From Pyrinomonadales bacterium (GTDB lineage: Bacteria; Acidobacteriota; Blastocatellia; Pyrinomonadales; Pyrinomonadaceae), in NCBI GenBank assembly GCA_038330465.1, contig JBBQOA010000001.1, forward strand, positions 1 through 32,442: a DNA stretch of 32,442 nucleotides. Reading direction: 5' to 3'. The notes beneath the pieces are model-generated. The model was not told where the DNA came from, searched no databases, and saw only the letters and a program-made list of their open reading frames with translations. Of this stretch, positions 25,086 to 32,146 are shown piece after piece. Made by a program: the position numbers and the translations under genes. Within the stretch, counting starts at the first letter, position 1. Each line of letters starts with the position of its first letter.

Positions 25086-26078
25086 ATGAGTATTCTTAGA
25101 GCATTACAAAAAAAGCAAACCGAACAAACAACCGGAATAGCGGAAGATTCAAAAGGAACGGTCGTTCCTTTCGAGCGCGTGACAAAGCGCACGACCTCGC
25201 CGCCGGAAATGTTTACGGATGAAAGTTTTAAGATCGGAACACCGAGCTTGGCGTTCAATGGGCAGTCAGAGCTTACAGTCGGGACGGCACTCCCTGACTC
25301 TTTATCTGAAATCACTGCCGGGGCAACTTTGAACGCTACGGGAGCGACGCGCTTCGTCGAAAAACGTCTGCCGGAATTTACCGTGTGGAACGTCGAAGCG
25401 GAGCGCGTCGAACCTCGTCTGGTCGCGATCACTCAGCCGCATTCAAATTATTGCGAAGAATACCGCAATCTGAGAACGCAGATCCTGCACAAAAGCCAGC
25501 GTCAAAAATTGCAGTCGATCGTTGTTGCGAGCATCAATCCGAGCGAGGGAAAAACGATCACCGCGCTTAATCTTTCATGGCTGCTCGCGCAGACCGACGG
25601 CATTAAATGTCTGATCATCGACAGCGATCTGCGAATGCCGTCGTTGACGGATTATCTCGGCATCGAAGCCGACAAAGGACTTTCTGATATTCTGACCGGC
25701 AACACGAATTTGACGGATGCGATCATCAAACTGGAACCGTCAGGACTTCATCTGCTGCCCGGCGGCGAAGCGCGAACCGATGTCGCCGAACTCATTTCAG
25801 GACCGAAATTCAAAGAAATTCTGCGGCAGGCACGCGAAATGTTCGATTTTGTGATCATCGACGCGCCGCCGCTCGGGATGTTTACCGACGCGAATGTTTT
25901 GATCAATCACGCGGACGGCGCAATGCTTGTGCTGCGCGCCGGAAAAACCAAATACAGCGCGGTTGACCGGATTCTCGAATCGCTGCCGCGCGACCGGATG
26001 ATGGGCGTCGTGCTCAATCAATCGGAAGACGTTTTGGACGAAAGCCACTACAATTACGGATATTACAGACAAAAGTAG
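25086..26078 (+). CDS. BY-kinase (CpsD/CapB-type tyrosine autokinase; XrtA-associated EpsG-like)
   Basis: Walker A SINPSEGKT, Walker A' CLIIDSDLR, Walker B FVIIDAPPL, and a C-terminal tyrosine cluster HYNYGYYRQK. It is separate from the Wzz-like transmembrane activator (split arrangement). Confidence 0.9.
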   Translation: MSILRALQKKQTEQTTGIAEDSKGTVVPFERVTKRTTSPPEMFTDESFKIGTPSLAFNGQSELTVGTALPDSLSEITAGATLNATGATRFVEKRLPEFTVWNVEAERVEPRLVAITQPHSNYCEEYRNLRTQILHKSQRQKLQSIVVASINPSEGKTITALNLSWLLAQTDGIKCLIIDSDLRMPSLTDYLGIEADKGLSDILTGNTNLTDAIIKLEPSGLHLLPGGEARTDVAELISGPKFKEILRQAREMFDFVIIDAPPLGMFTDANVLINHADGAMLVLRAGKTKYSAVDRILESLPRDRMMGVVLNQSEDVLDESHYNYGYYRQK

Positions 26079-26148
26079 GAAGTTGGCAGGGTTTTCACAC
26101 CTAAAGATTTTTATTGCCGACTTCCCGATCGCCGACTGATTTTAACTG

Positions 26149-27540
26149 ATGAATGCAAACAAATTCAGCCTCCGAACAATTGGATTACTGCTTGCCGATG
26201 CCGCGATAATTTACGGCGGAATCGTGCTGGCTCTGTATCTGCGTTTGGGAATTGAAGGTTCGCGGTATCAGTTAAACGAAAAAAACGGCTGGCTGAAAAT
26301 CACTCTGGCAACGGTTGTCTGCACGCTGATTTTTTATTTTTACGACCTCTACGAATTTACCGTGATGAGCAACCGGCGCGAACTGATGCTGCGGCTCGTG
26401 CAAGCTCTCGGAATCGCCTGGGCACTGCTCGCGCTGTTGTTTTATTTTGTGCCGCCGCTGCTCATCGGACGCGGCGTTTCGGTCATTTCCGTGCCGCTCG
26501 TGCTGGTTTTGCTCTTAAGCTGGCGTTTTTTGATTCACTATTTTACCGGACATCCCGAGATCGGCGAAAAAATTCTGCTCGTCGGAACGGGACAAGCCGC
26601 GCGTGAAACTGCCCAAGCGGTTTTTGAACGGCGCGACGCCGGTTATCGGATCGTCGGTTTCGTCACCGAAAACGGCATCAAACCGAATACAAAGATCGCC
26701 GACCTCAGCGTTCTCGGGACAACCGGCGAACTCGAAGACATCGTCAAAAAAGAAAAGATCGACCGGATCGTGATAGCCGTGCGCGAACGGCGCGGAACTT
26801 TTCCGACCGAAACGCTCCTCAAAATGAGTTTGACGGGCGACGTCAATATCGAAGAATGCACGTCGTTTTTTGAGCGCGTCACGGGACAGGTCAATATCGA
26901 TATGCTGCGCCCGTCGTGGCTGATTTTTGCCGGACGCCGCAAAGATACGCGGCTCGGAACCGTTTTTCGTGAGATCGTTCATCGCGGATTGGCTTTGATC
27001 GGTTTGATCTTGTCGTCGCCGATCGCGCTTTTGACCGCTGTTTTGATCAAACTCGAATCGAAAGGCACTATTTTTTACAAACAGGAAAGAGTTGGAGAAA
27101 ACGGCAAGATCTTTCGGGTTTTAAAGTTTCGCTCGATGCGCAGCGATGCCGAAAAAGACGGCAAACCCGTCTGGGCAACCGCCGACGACGAACGCACGAC
27201 GCGGATCGGTCGCATCATCCGCAAGATTCGCGTCGATGAAATTCCGCAATTTTGGAACATTATCAAAGGCGAAATGAGCTTTGTCGGACCGCGCCCGGAA
27301 CGCCCGCATTTTGTCGCGCAGCTCGCCGAAGAAATTTCGTTTTACGATCACCGGCATCTGGTCGCGCCGGGACTCACCGGCTGGGCGCAGATCAAATATC
27401 CATACGGCGCGTCGGTCGAAGATGCGCGCCAGAAATTGCAATACGATCTGTATTACATCAAAAATCAGAGTCTCGCGCTGGATCTGGTAATTGTTTTTGA
27501 AACGGTCAAAACCGTGCTTTTCAGCAAAGGCGGACGCTAA
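26149..27540 (+). CDS. Polyprenyl-phosphate hexose-1-phosphate transferase (WbaP/EpsB-type priming sugar transferase)
   Basis: 463 aa with 4-5 N-terminal TM helices and a central Rossmann-like linker. The C-terminal bacterial sugar transferase domain is KQERVG..G..F...KFRSM...AE......WA...D.R.T..G...R..R.DE.PQFWN..KGEMS.VGPRPERP. Confidence 0.92.
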   Translation: MNANKFSLRTIGLLLADAAIIYGGIVLALYLRLGIEGSRYQLNEKNGWLKITLATVVCTLIFYFYDLYEFTVMSNRRELMLRLVQALGIAWALLALLFYFVPPLLIGRGVSVISVPLVLVLLLSWRFLIHYFTGHPEIGEKILLVGTGQAARETAQAVFERRDAGYRIVGFVTENGIKPNTKIADLSVLGTTGELEDIVKKEKIDRIVIAVRERRGTFPTETLLKMSLTGDVNIEECTSFFERVTGQVNIDMLRPSWLIFAGRRKDTRLGTVFREIVHRGLALIGLILSSPIALLTAVLIKLESKGTIFYKQERVGENGKIFRVLKFRSMRSDAEKDGKPVWATADDERTTRIGRIIRKIRVDEIPQFWNIIKGEMSFVGPRPERPHFVAQLAEEISFYDHRHLVAPGLTGWAQIKYPYGASVEDARQKLQYDLYYIKNQSLALDLVIVFETVKTVLFSKGGR

Positions 27541-27595
27541 CGCCCGCGTAAGCGGATGGATAAATGCAAAAGGGATTGAAGCAACTTGCGGGAAC

Positions 27596-27617
27596 TTTGA
27601 AATCTGGAATTTGAAAT
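27596..27617. repeat. Short relative of the tttgaaat repeats (tttgaaatctg-ga-atttgaaat)
   Basis: Read directly in the transferase-wza spacer. It shares tttgaaatctg with 23830-23840. Confidence 0.7.
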
Positions 27618-27659
27618 ATTTAGTTCGATAGTCGTTTTATTGAAACGGAGACAGGAAAG

Positions 27660-28484
27660 ATGAAAGTGGTAAAATTTTTGCAAAAAATCAGTTTAAGTTT
27701 AGTGGTCGGTTTAATTTTCGCCGGCGGTTTATCAGCGCAGACGGAAAATCCGAAAACACGCGACCGGATCGCGCCCGACGAAGTTAAAACGAATTCGGCG
27801 GAAACGGAGAAAGTCGAACCGACGCCGACGCCTGTGACGAACGGCGAGGATCAAACTTCAGAAGTAAAACCCGACGAAACCGAAAATATTCTCCCCTATT
27901 ACAACAATTATCTGAAAGAATACCGGCTCGGACCGAACGACATCATCACGGTCGAAGTTTTCGGGCAATGCCCCGATTATTGCAAAACCGGCATCACCGT
28001 GCCACCGACGGCGCGCATTTCTTATCCGCTGATCCGCGAAGGCATTCTGGTTGGCGGCAAAACCGTCGAACAAGTGGCGGACGAAATCACCAAAAAACTC
28101 GACGAATATATTATCGAACCGAAAGTGACCGTCACGCTCGACAAAGCAATGTCGGTGCGTTACAGCGTGATGGGCAAGGTTGCCGCGCCCGGCATCCGCA
28201 TTATGGACCGCAAAGTGAGTCTTTACGAAGCGATCATCGAAGCCGGCGGCATTACCAAAGAAGGCGACAAGAAAAAGATTTCCGTCATCAGTTTTGACGC
28301 GCAGGGCAAACTTTCGCGCCGCGATGTCAATCTCGCCGAGATCGAAACCGGCAAACAACCGATGATCTTTCTCAATCCGGGCGATCAGGTCGTCGTCGGC
28401 GGAAAAGGTTTTACGGTCGAAAAATTCTTTGATTATGTCGGAAGATTCAGCGCTTTACGAATTCTTTTCGGCAGTCCGTTTTAA
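27660..28484 (+). CDS. Polysaccharide export protein (Wza/Poly_export + SLBB; PEP-CTERM-locus EpsE-like)
   Basis: Signal peptide ..FAGGLSAQ. Poly_export motif YRLGPNDIITVEVFG. SLBB-like YSVMGKVAAPGIRIM..K.SLYEAI..AGG. Confidence 0.88.
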   Translation: MKVVKFLQKISLSLVVGLIFAGGLSAQTENPKTRDRIAPDEVKTNSAETEKVEPTPTPVTNGEDQTSEVKPDETENILPYYNNYLKEYRLGPNDIITVEVFGQCPDYCKTGITVPPTARISYPLIREGILVGGKTVEQVADEITKKLDEYIIEPKVTVTLDKAMSVRYSVMGKVAAPGIRIMDRKVSLYEAIIEAGGITKEGDKKKISVISFDAQGKLSRRDVNLAEIETGKQPMIFLNPGDQVVVGGKGFTVEKFFDYVGRFSALRILFGSPF

Positions 28485-28551
28485 GCAATTTTGGGGTTTA
28501 GGGTTTGCGGTTGATTCCGATCGGCAAGTCACAGTTATTTTCATCAAACAA

Positions 28552-29565
28552 ATGATTTGGTTTAAGAAAATTTCTATTATTTTGGTTTGTTTTGCGGCTT
28601 TTCAAACCGTCAAAGCCGATTGGACAAAGCAGAGCGCGAACACGCTCGCGTGGCTTCACGACATTTATTTTTTCGATGAAAATCGCGGGTTTGTGACGGG
28701 CAGCAACGGCGCGTTTCTCGAAACCAAAGACGGCGGAAAAACCTGGCAGAAACACAAAAGTTTTACCGACGATAAAATTCTGCAAATCACCTTTACCGAT
28801 ATTTATCACGGCTGGATTTTGTGCGAACGCAGCATCTATGATCGCGGTCAGAATTCTTCGTCGTATTTAATGAAAACGAACGACGGCGGCGAAACCTGGG
28901 AAAAAGTGGAATTTACCGGCGGCGGGCGCGGACGAATCACAAAAATTTTCTTTAATCAAAATGGCAAAGGCTTTGCGGTCGGCGAAAACGGTGTGTTTTT
29001 CGAGCTCCGAGCAGACGGACAAACCTGGGAAAAATCGCCGGCGCCGAGCCGTTATCTACTGCTTGACGGAATTTTTTCCGACGCCGCGCACGGCACCGTC
29101 GTCGGCGCGGGCGGCAGCGTCTATTTCACCGAAGATGCGGGCGCTAATTGGAATCAGGCAAATGTTTTCGGCGATAAAACGGCAAAATTCAATTCCGTCT
29201 TTTTCGCCAATCAGCGAAACGGTTGGGCGGTTGGTTCAAACGGCAAGATCTTTCAAACGATGAGCGGCGGCAAAACCTGGCGCGAACAAAATTCGGGCGT
29301 GTCAAAAGATCTCTCCGATGTCTTTTTCGCGAGCACGGCGGAAGGCTGGGCGGTCGGCGACGAAGGGACGATCTTACACACGACAACCGCCGGAAATATT
29401 TGGACGCCGGAAGAAACCGGCATTAAACACAAACTCGAAAGAGTTTTGTTCGTCGGTAAAAAAGGTTTCGCCGTCGGTTTCGGCGGAACAATTTTGGTTT
29501 ATGACGAAAAAAGCGTCAGAATTCAGTCGGCAATCAAACCGCTGCTGCAAAAGAGAAACTATTAA
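28552..29565 (+). CDS. Ycf48/BNR-like beta-propeller protein (photosystem II stability/assembly factor-like, sialidase fold)
   Basis: The preferred start MIWFKKISIILVCFAAFQTVKA is a signal peptide. It has about 6 repeats of G....T.DGG.TW (TKDGGKTWQ, TNDGGETWE, ADGQTWE, TEDAGANWN, MSGGKTWR, TTAGNIWT). The ORF-track start 28429 overlaps wza and is rejected. Confidence 0.75.
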   Translation: MIWFKKISIILVCFAAFQTVKADWTKQSANTLAWLHDIYFFDENRGFVTGSNGAFLETKDGGKTWQKHKSFTDDKILQITFTDIYHGWILCERSIYDRGQNSSSYLMKTNDGGETWEKVEFTGGGRGRITKIFFNQNGKGFAVGENGVFFELRADGQTWEKSPAPSRYLLLDGIFSDAAHGTVVGAGGSVYFTEDAGANWNQANVFGDKTAKFNSVFFANQRNGWAVGSNGKIFQTMSGGKTWREQNSGVSKDLSDVFFASTAEGWAVGDEGTILHTTTAGNIWTPEETGIKHKLERVLFVGKKGFAVGFGGTILVYDEKSVRIQSAIKPLLQKRNY

Positions 29566-29587
29566 AACAAAAAATTGCTTCTCAAAC

Positions 29588-29617
29588 TTGACAGATAAAG
29601 CCGAATTTTCGTAGTAT
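29588..29617 (+). promoter_or_regulatory. Sigma70-like promoter motif TTGACA - 18 nt - TAGTAT upstream of the tRNA pair
   Basis: Read directly (TTGACA 29588-29593, TAGTAT 29612-29617). The call is uncertain because a terminator hairpin begins only 8 nt downstream. Confidence 0.35.
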
Positions 29618-29624
29618 GACAGTT

Positions 29625-29655
29625 CGCTCTTTTGAAATAAAAGAGCGGTTTTTTT
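29625..29655 (+). terminator. Intrinsic terminator ending the EPS transcription unit
   Basis: 9-bp stem cgctctttt (29625-29633) / aaaagagcg (29639-29647), loop gaaat, followed by gttttttt. Confidence 0.75.
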
Positions 29656-29673
29656 GAAATAAACGTGCGGTTT
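29631..29673. repeat. 22-bp-period tandem repeat tttgaaataaa[a/c]g[a/t]gcggttt x2 (plus degenerate third copy to ~29695)
   Basis: Copies at 29631-29651 and 29653-29673 match at 19/21 positions. The first copy supplies the 3' arm and U-tract of the terminator. Confidence 0.8.
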
Positions 29674-29696
29674 GTTGAAAAAACAGAAAGGTTTTC

Positions 29697-29772
29697 GGGC
29701 ACGTACGTCAATTGGTAGACAGCCTCCCTTACAAGGAGGAAGTTAGGGGTTCGAGTCCCTTCGTGCCCACCA
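29697..29772 (+). tRNA. tRNA-Val (anticodon TAC), CCA encoded
   Basis: Hand-folded cloverleaf. Acceptor gggcacg/cgtgccc. The anticodon arm cctcc-ctTACaa-ggagg is identical to E. coli tRNA-Val(UAC). T-arm agggg-ttcgagt-ccctt. The D stem has one mismatch. Confidence 0.88.
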
Positions 29773-29780
29773 ATTTTGAA

Positions 29781-29820
29781 AATTTCAGATTATAAATTTC
29801 AGATTATAAATTTGAAATTT
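29781..29820. repeat. 14-bp tandem repeat aatttcagattata x2 plus degenerate third unit (aatttgaaattt) in the tRNA-Val/tRNA-Asp spacer
   Basis: Perfect units at 29781-29794 and 29795-29808. An identical 14-mer recurs at 30818-30831. Confidence 0.95.
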
Positions 29821-29827
29821 CCAATGC

Positions 29828-29905
29828 GGAGTCGTAGTTCAGTTTGGTTAGAACGCCAGCCTGTCACGTTGGAGGTCGCGGGTTCGAGCCCCGTCGGCTC
29901 CGCCA
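29828..29905 (+). tRNA. tRNA-Asp (anticodon GTC), CCA encoded
   Basis: Acceptor ggagtcg/cggctcc, anticodon arm ccagc-ctGTCac-gttgg, T-arm gcggg-ttcgagc-cccgt, discriminator G. Overall very similar to E. coli tRNA-Asp. Confidence 0.9.
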
Positions 29906-30386
29906 TTAACATCTTTATTATCAGTAGTTTCCGAAGTCGCCTCAGTGGCGGCTTTTTCGTTTTCAGGCAATGTGCCCAAAAACGTGCCCAAACCCTCTAA
30001 TTCATCAACCAGTTTACCGGCAATAAGCTCAGTAGTTTGCTGAGAAAAAGATGGTGAAAGATGTTTGTATCGCTCTAATTCATCGCTCCTATGTCCGGTC
30101 ATCTTGCGGATGATCGCATCTGAAACTCCCTCAATAAACAGCATCGTGGTCGCAAAGTGGCGCAGGTCGTGAATCCGCAAATCAGTAATATTGGCAAGAT
30201 CACGAATCCGACGGAAACGCTTCCAATATCCCAGGCGTGGGGCTTCTGGAATTTTGAGACATCACGAAATCGAACGTTCGGACGGGCAGGGAATAGGTAT
30301 TCGTGTTTCTGATTTCGATATGCAGATGATCGTGAATCACCGTCTATGTTCCAACTCGTTTCCGGTAATGATAAGCTGTTTCGCAA
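29848..30386 (-). pseudogene. Tyrosine recombinase (phage-type integrase) remnant: 5'-truncated and frameshifted, reading into tRNA-Asp
   Basis: One frame gives ..KHEYLFPARP....KPHAW. A second frame continues KRFRRIRDLANITDLRIHDLRHFATTMLFIEGVSDAIIRKMTGHRSDELERYKHL (HxxR, GH and catalytic Y boxes). The frames are offset by an apparent 7-nt insertion near 30223-30230. The N-terminal two-thirds, including the box I Arg, is absent. The open frame runs on into the tRNA-Asp 3' half. Confidence 0.7.
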
Positions 30387-30395
30387 TGCGGCAAG

Positions 30396-30661
30396 TCATG
30401 CGGGATTGACCCGGCAGGCGCCGCCATTTCGCAAAACATACTGAATCACGTTGATAATGCGCGCATTGGATAAGCGCGTCAGGCGTCCGCCCGGTTTTTC
30501 AGCCGGCAGGAGCGGTTCTAAAATCTGCCACACACGATCATTCAGTTTACTTAAATAAGACTTTCGATAAATCATTTTTGATAATCCTCCTGAGTGTGGG
30601 ACTATCAAAACAGTCATTTGGACTATTTAACTGCTGGGTTTTCAGTCTTTTGAACAGCCCC
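30396..30661 (-). mobile_element. IS5-family (DUF4096-type N-terminal HTH) transposase fragment with candidate terminal repeat
   Basis: ORF 30396-30617 encodes LSKLNDRVWQILEPLLPAEKPGGRLTRLSNARIINVIQYVLRNGGA, the conserved N-terminal domain of IS5-family (IS427/IS1031-like) transposases. It breaks off where WR.LP should follow, and no DDE domain is present. On the minus strand ggggctgttcaaaagac (30645-30661) looks like an IS end. Confidence 0.55.
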
Positions 30662-30770
30662 TAAACGAATTTTTGCAAAACCCTCTTGCTGCGATTTTTT
30701 GATTCTCAACCTACTTTGGTGAACGTTTTTATTACCTATGTCCGATAAAAACGGCATAATAAGCAATTAA

Positions 30771-30805
30771 ATATAAAGAGGCTTCGCTCAAATTGAACGA
30801 AGCCT
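30771..30805 (-). terminator. Candidate intrinsic terminator after the beta-helix/FG-GAP gene
   Basis: 8-bp stem aggcttcg (30779-30786) / cgaagcct (30798-30805) with an 11-nt loop. On the minus strand it is followed by CTTTATATTT. Confidence 0.45.
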
Positions 30806-30817
30806 TTTATGATTAGT

Positions 30818-30831
30818 AATTTCAGATTATA
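30818..30831. repeat. Third perfect copy of the 14-mer aatttcagattata
   Basis: Identical to the units at 29781-29808. It lies 4 nt downstream of the stop of the minus-strand gene 30836-32146. Confidence 0.9.
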
Positions 30832-30835
30832 CAAA

Positions 30836-32146
30836 TTAGGGAACGAAAGCATTGGGGACGGGTTTATCGCCGCTTTGTCCGAAGCCTTGAATTAGCGTTC
30901 CGGCGGTTGATCTTTGCACAAACCACGTTGAGTTTGAGGGACGGAAAACTGCCACATCGAACTTTCCGTCGCCGTCGTAATCGGCGGGCGTCGGAAGATC
31001 CGTTGAAATCCCGAACGGAAATGAAAAGTAACTCTGGTTCTCGCTTCTCAGAACAAACCATTCGCCGGTCGACGGTCTGTAGAAAGCGGCGTCAGCCTTG
31101 CCGTCGCCGGTATAATCTCCCTGAACGGGTTTGTCAGTGGCGGTTCCAAATTGGAAAGCGATTACTCCATCGGTACTTCGATTGATCCACCATTCGCCTG
31201 TAGAAGCACGATAAATGGCAATATCCGCTTTAAAGTCACCGTCAAAATCAGCGACAACCGGAACATCGCCCGCCGTGCCGAACTTTTGAATTGTCGTTCC
31301 ACCGGAAGATTTATTGATATACCACGTTGAATTCGAGGGACGAAAAACTGCCGCATCGCTACGTCCGTCACCGTCGTAATCGGCAGGCGCGGGAATATCA
31401 CCGTTTGTTCCAAACGGGAATGAATAAAAACTGTTGTCTTCACTTCTCAGGAAAAACCACTCGCCTGTTGAAGGTCGAAAGACGGCAAGATCGGTTTTAC
31501 CATCGGCGGTAAAATCGGCGGGAACGATTTGGTCGGTGCTGTTGCCGAATTGTAAAGTTATATTGTTTGAGTCACTGCTTTTCGAATACCACCATTCACC
31601 GGCTGACGGGCGATAAATTGAAATGTCCGCTTTTCCGTCTGCATCAAAATCGAACGGTGTCGGTGAGAATGTTCGTTCAAACGCGCCGATGTCCGCGCCG
31701 TCGCCGCTTGCCGCGTTTGGAATGAGCAGATTGTCATATGGGCGGACTTTACCGCGCTGGTCAGTGATAACACTTGGGCTATTGCCTTTGTCAATCGCCG
31801 GACTGCGCGTCAGCACTGCCCGCGTTAAGGTCAAACCGCCGTTATCTCTCAAAGTTCCTATGTGCGGATCGATTGGACTTAGGGTTGAACCGAGTTGATT
31901 GGTGGTTGCTCCTAATCCTTCGCTGCCGTCAGCGTTCCCGATCAGATTGTAACTGCCGTTGAACGCATTGCCGAGGCTTCCGCGTCCGACCAGGTCATTC
32001 CCGTCAGGCGCCGTGTTCAATGCGACGAGATTGTTGTTCATGGTCGCGACGAAATTGTTGAAGATGCCGCCTCCGCTTGCTTGAGCGGTGTTGCTGCTGA
32101 CGGTGTTATTAGTAAAGGTGATTGTCGCCGAATGGCGTTGTTGCAT
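30836..32146 (-). CDS. Parallel beta-helix (choice-of-anchor-Q-like) / FG-GAP repeat protein, apparently 5'-truncated by IS insertion
   Basis: The 436-aa ORF opens mid-beta-helix (ATITFTNNTVSSNTAQASGGGIFNN) with no signal peptide. It has the typical helix-end motif DQRG..RP......DIGAFE. Six DxDGDG FG-GAP repeats follow, and it ends in PNAFVP like 13474-16755. The IS transposase gene starts 43 nt upstream, divergently. Confidence 0.8.
   Translation of the reverse strand: MQQRHSATITFTNNTVSSNTAQASGGGIFNNFVATMNNNLVALNTAPDGNDLVGRGSLGNAFNGSYNLIGNADGSEGLGATTNQLGSTLSPIDPHIGTLRDNGGLTLTRAVLTRSPAIDKGNSPSVITDQRGKVRPYDNLLIPNAASGDGADIGAFERTFSPTPFDFDADGKADISIYRPSAGEWWYSKSSDSNNITLQFGNSTDQIVPADFTADGKTDLAVFRPSTGEWFFLRSEDNSFYSFPFGTNGDIPAPADYDGDGRSDAAVFRPSNSTWYINKSSGGTTIQKFGTAGDVPVVADFDGDFKADIAIYRASTGEWWINRSTDGVIAFQFGTATDKPVQGDYTGDGKADAAFYRPSTGEWFVLRSENQSYFSFPFGISTDLPTPADYDGDGKFDVAVFRPSNSTWFVQRSTAGTLIQGFGQSGDKPVPNAFVP

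Noticed and set aside
20009-28358. Antisense ORFs within prsT, wzz, the ATPase, the transferase and wza (e.g. 20009-20707, 22388-23098, 24228-24821, 26515-26982, 27858-28358)
   Set aside because: Shadow ORFs opposite well-supported genes, with F/R/D-rich composition and no recognisable domains.
29776-30000. 74-aa plus-strand ORF across tRNA-Asp
   Set aside because: It is a translation of the tRNA gene and its flanking repeat, and is not coding.
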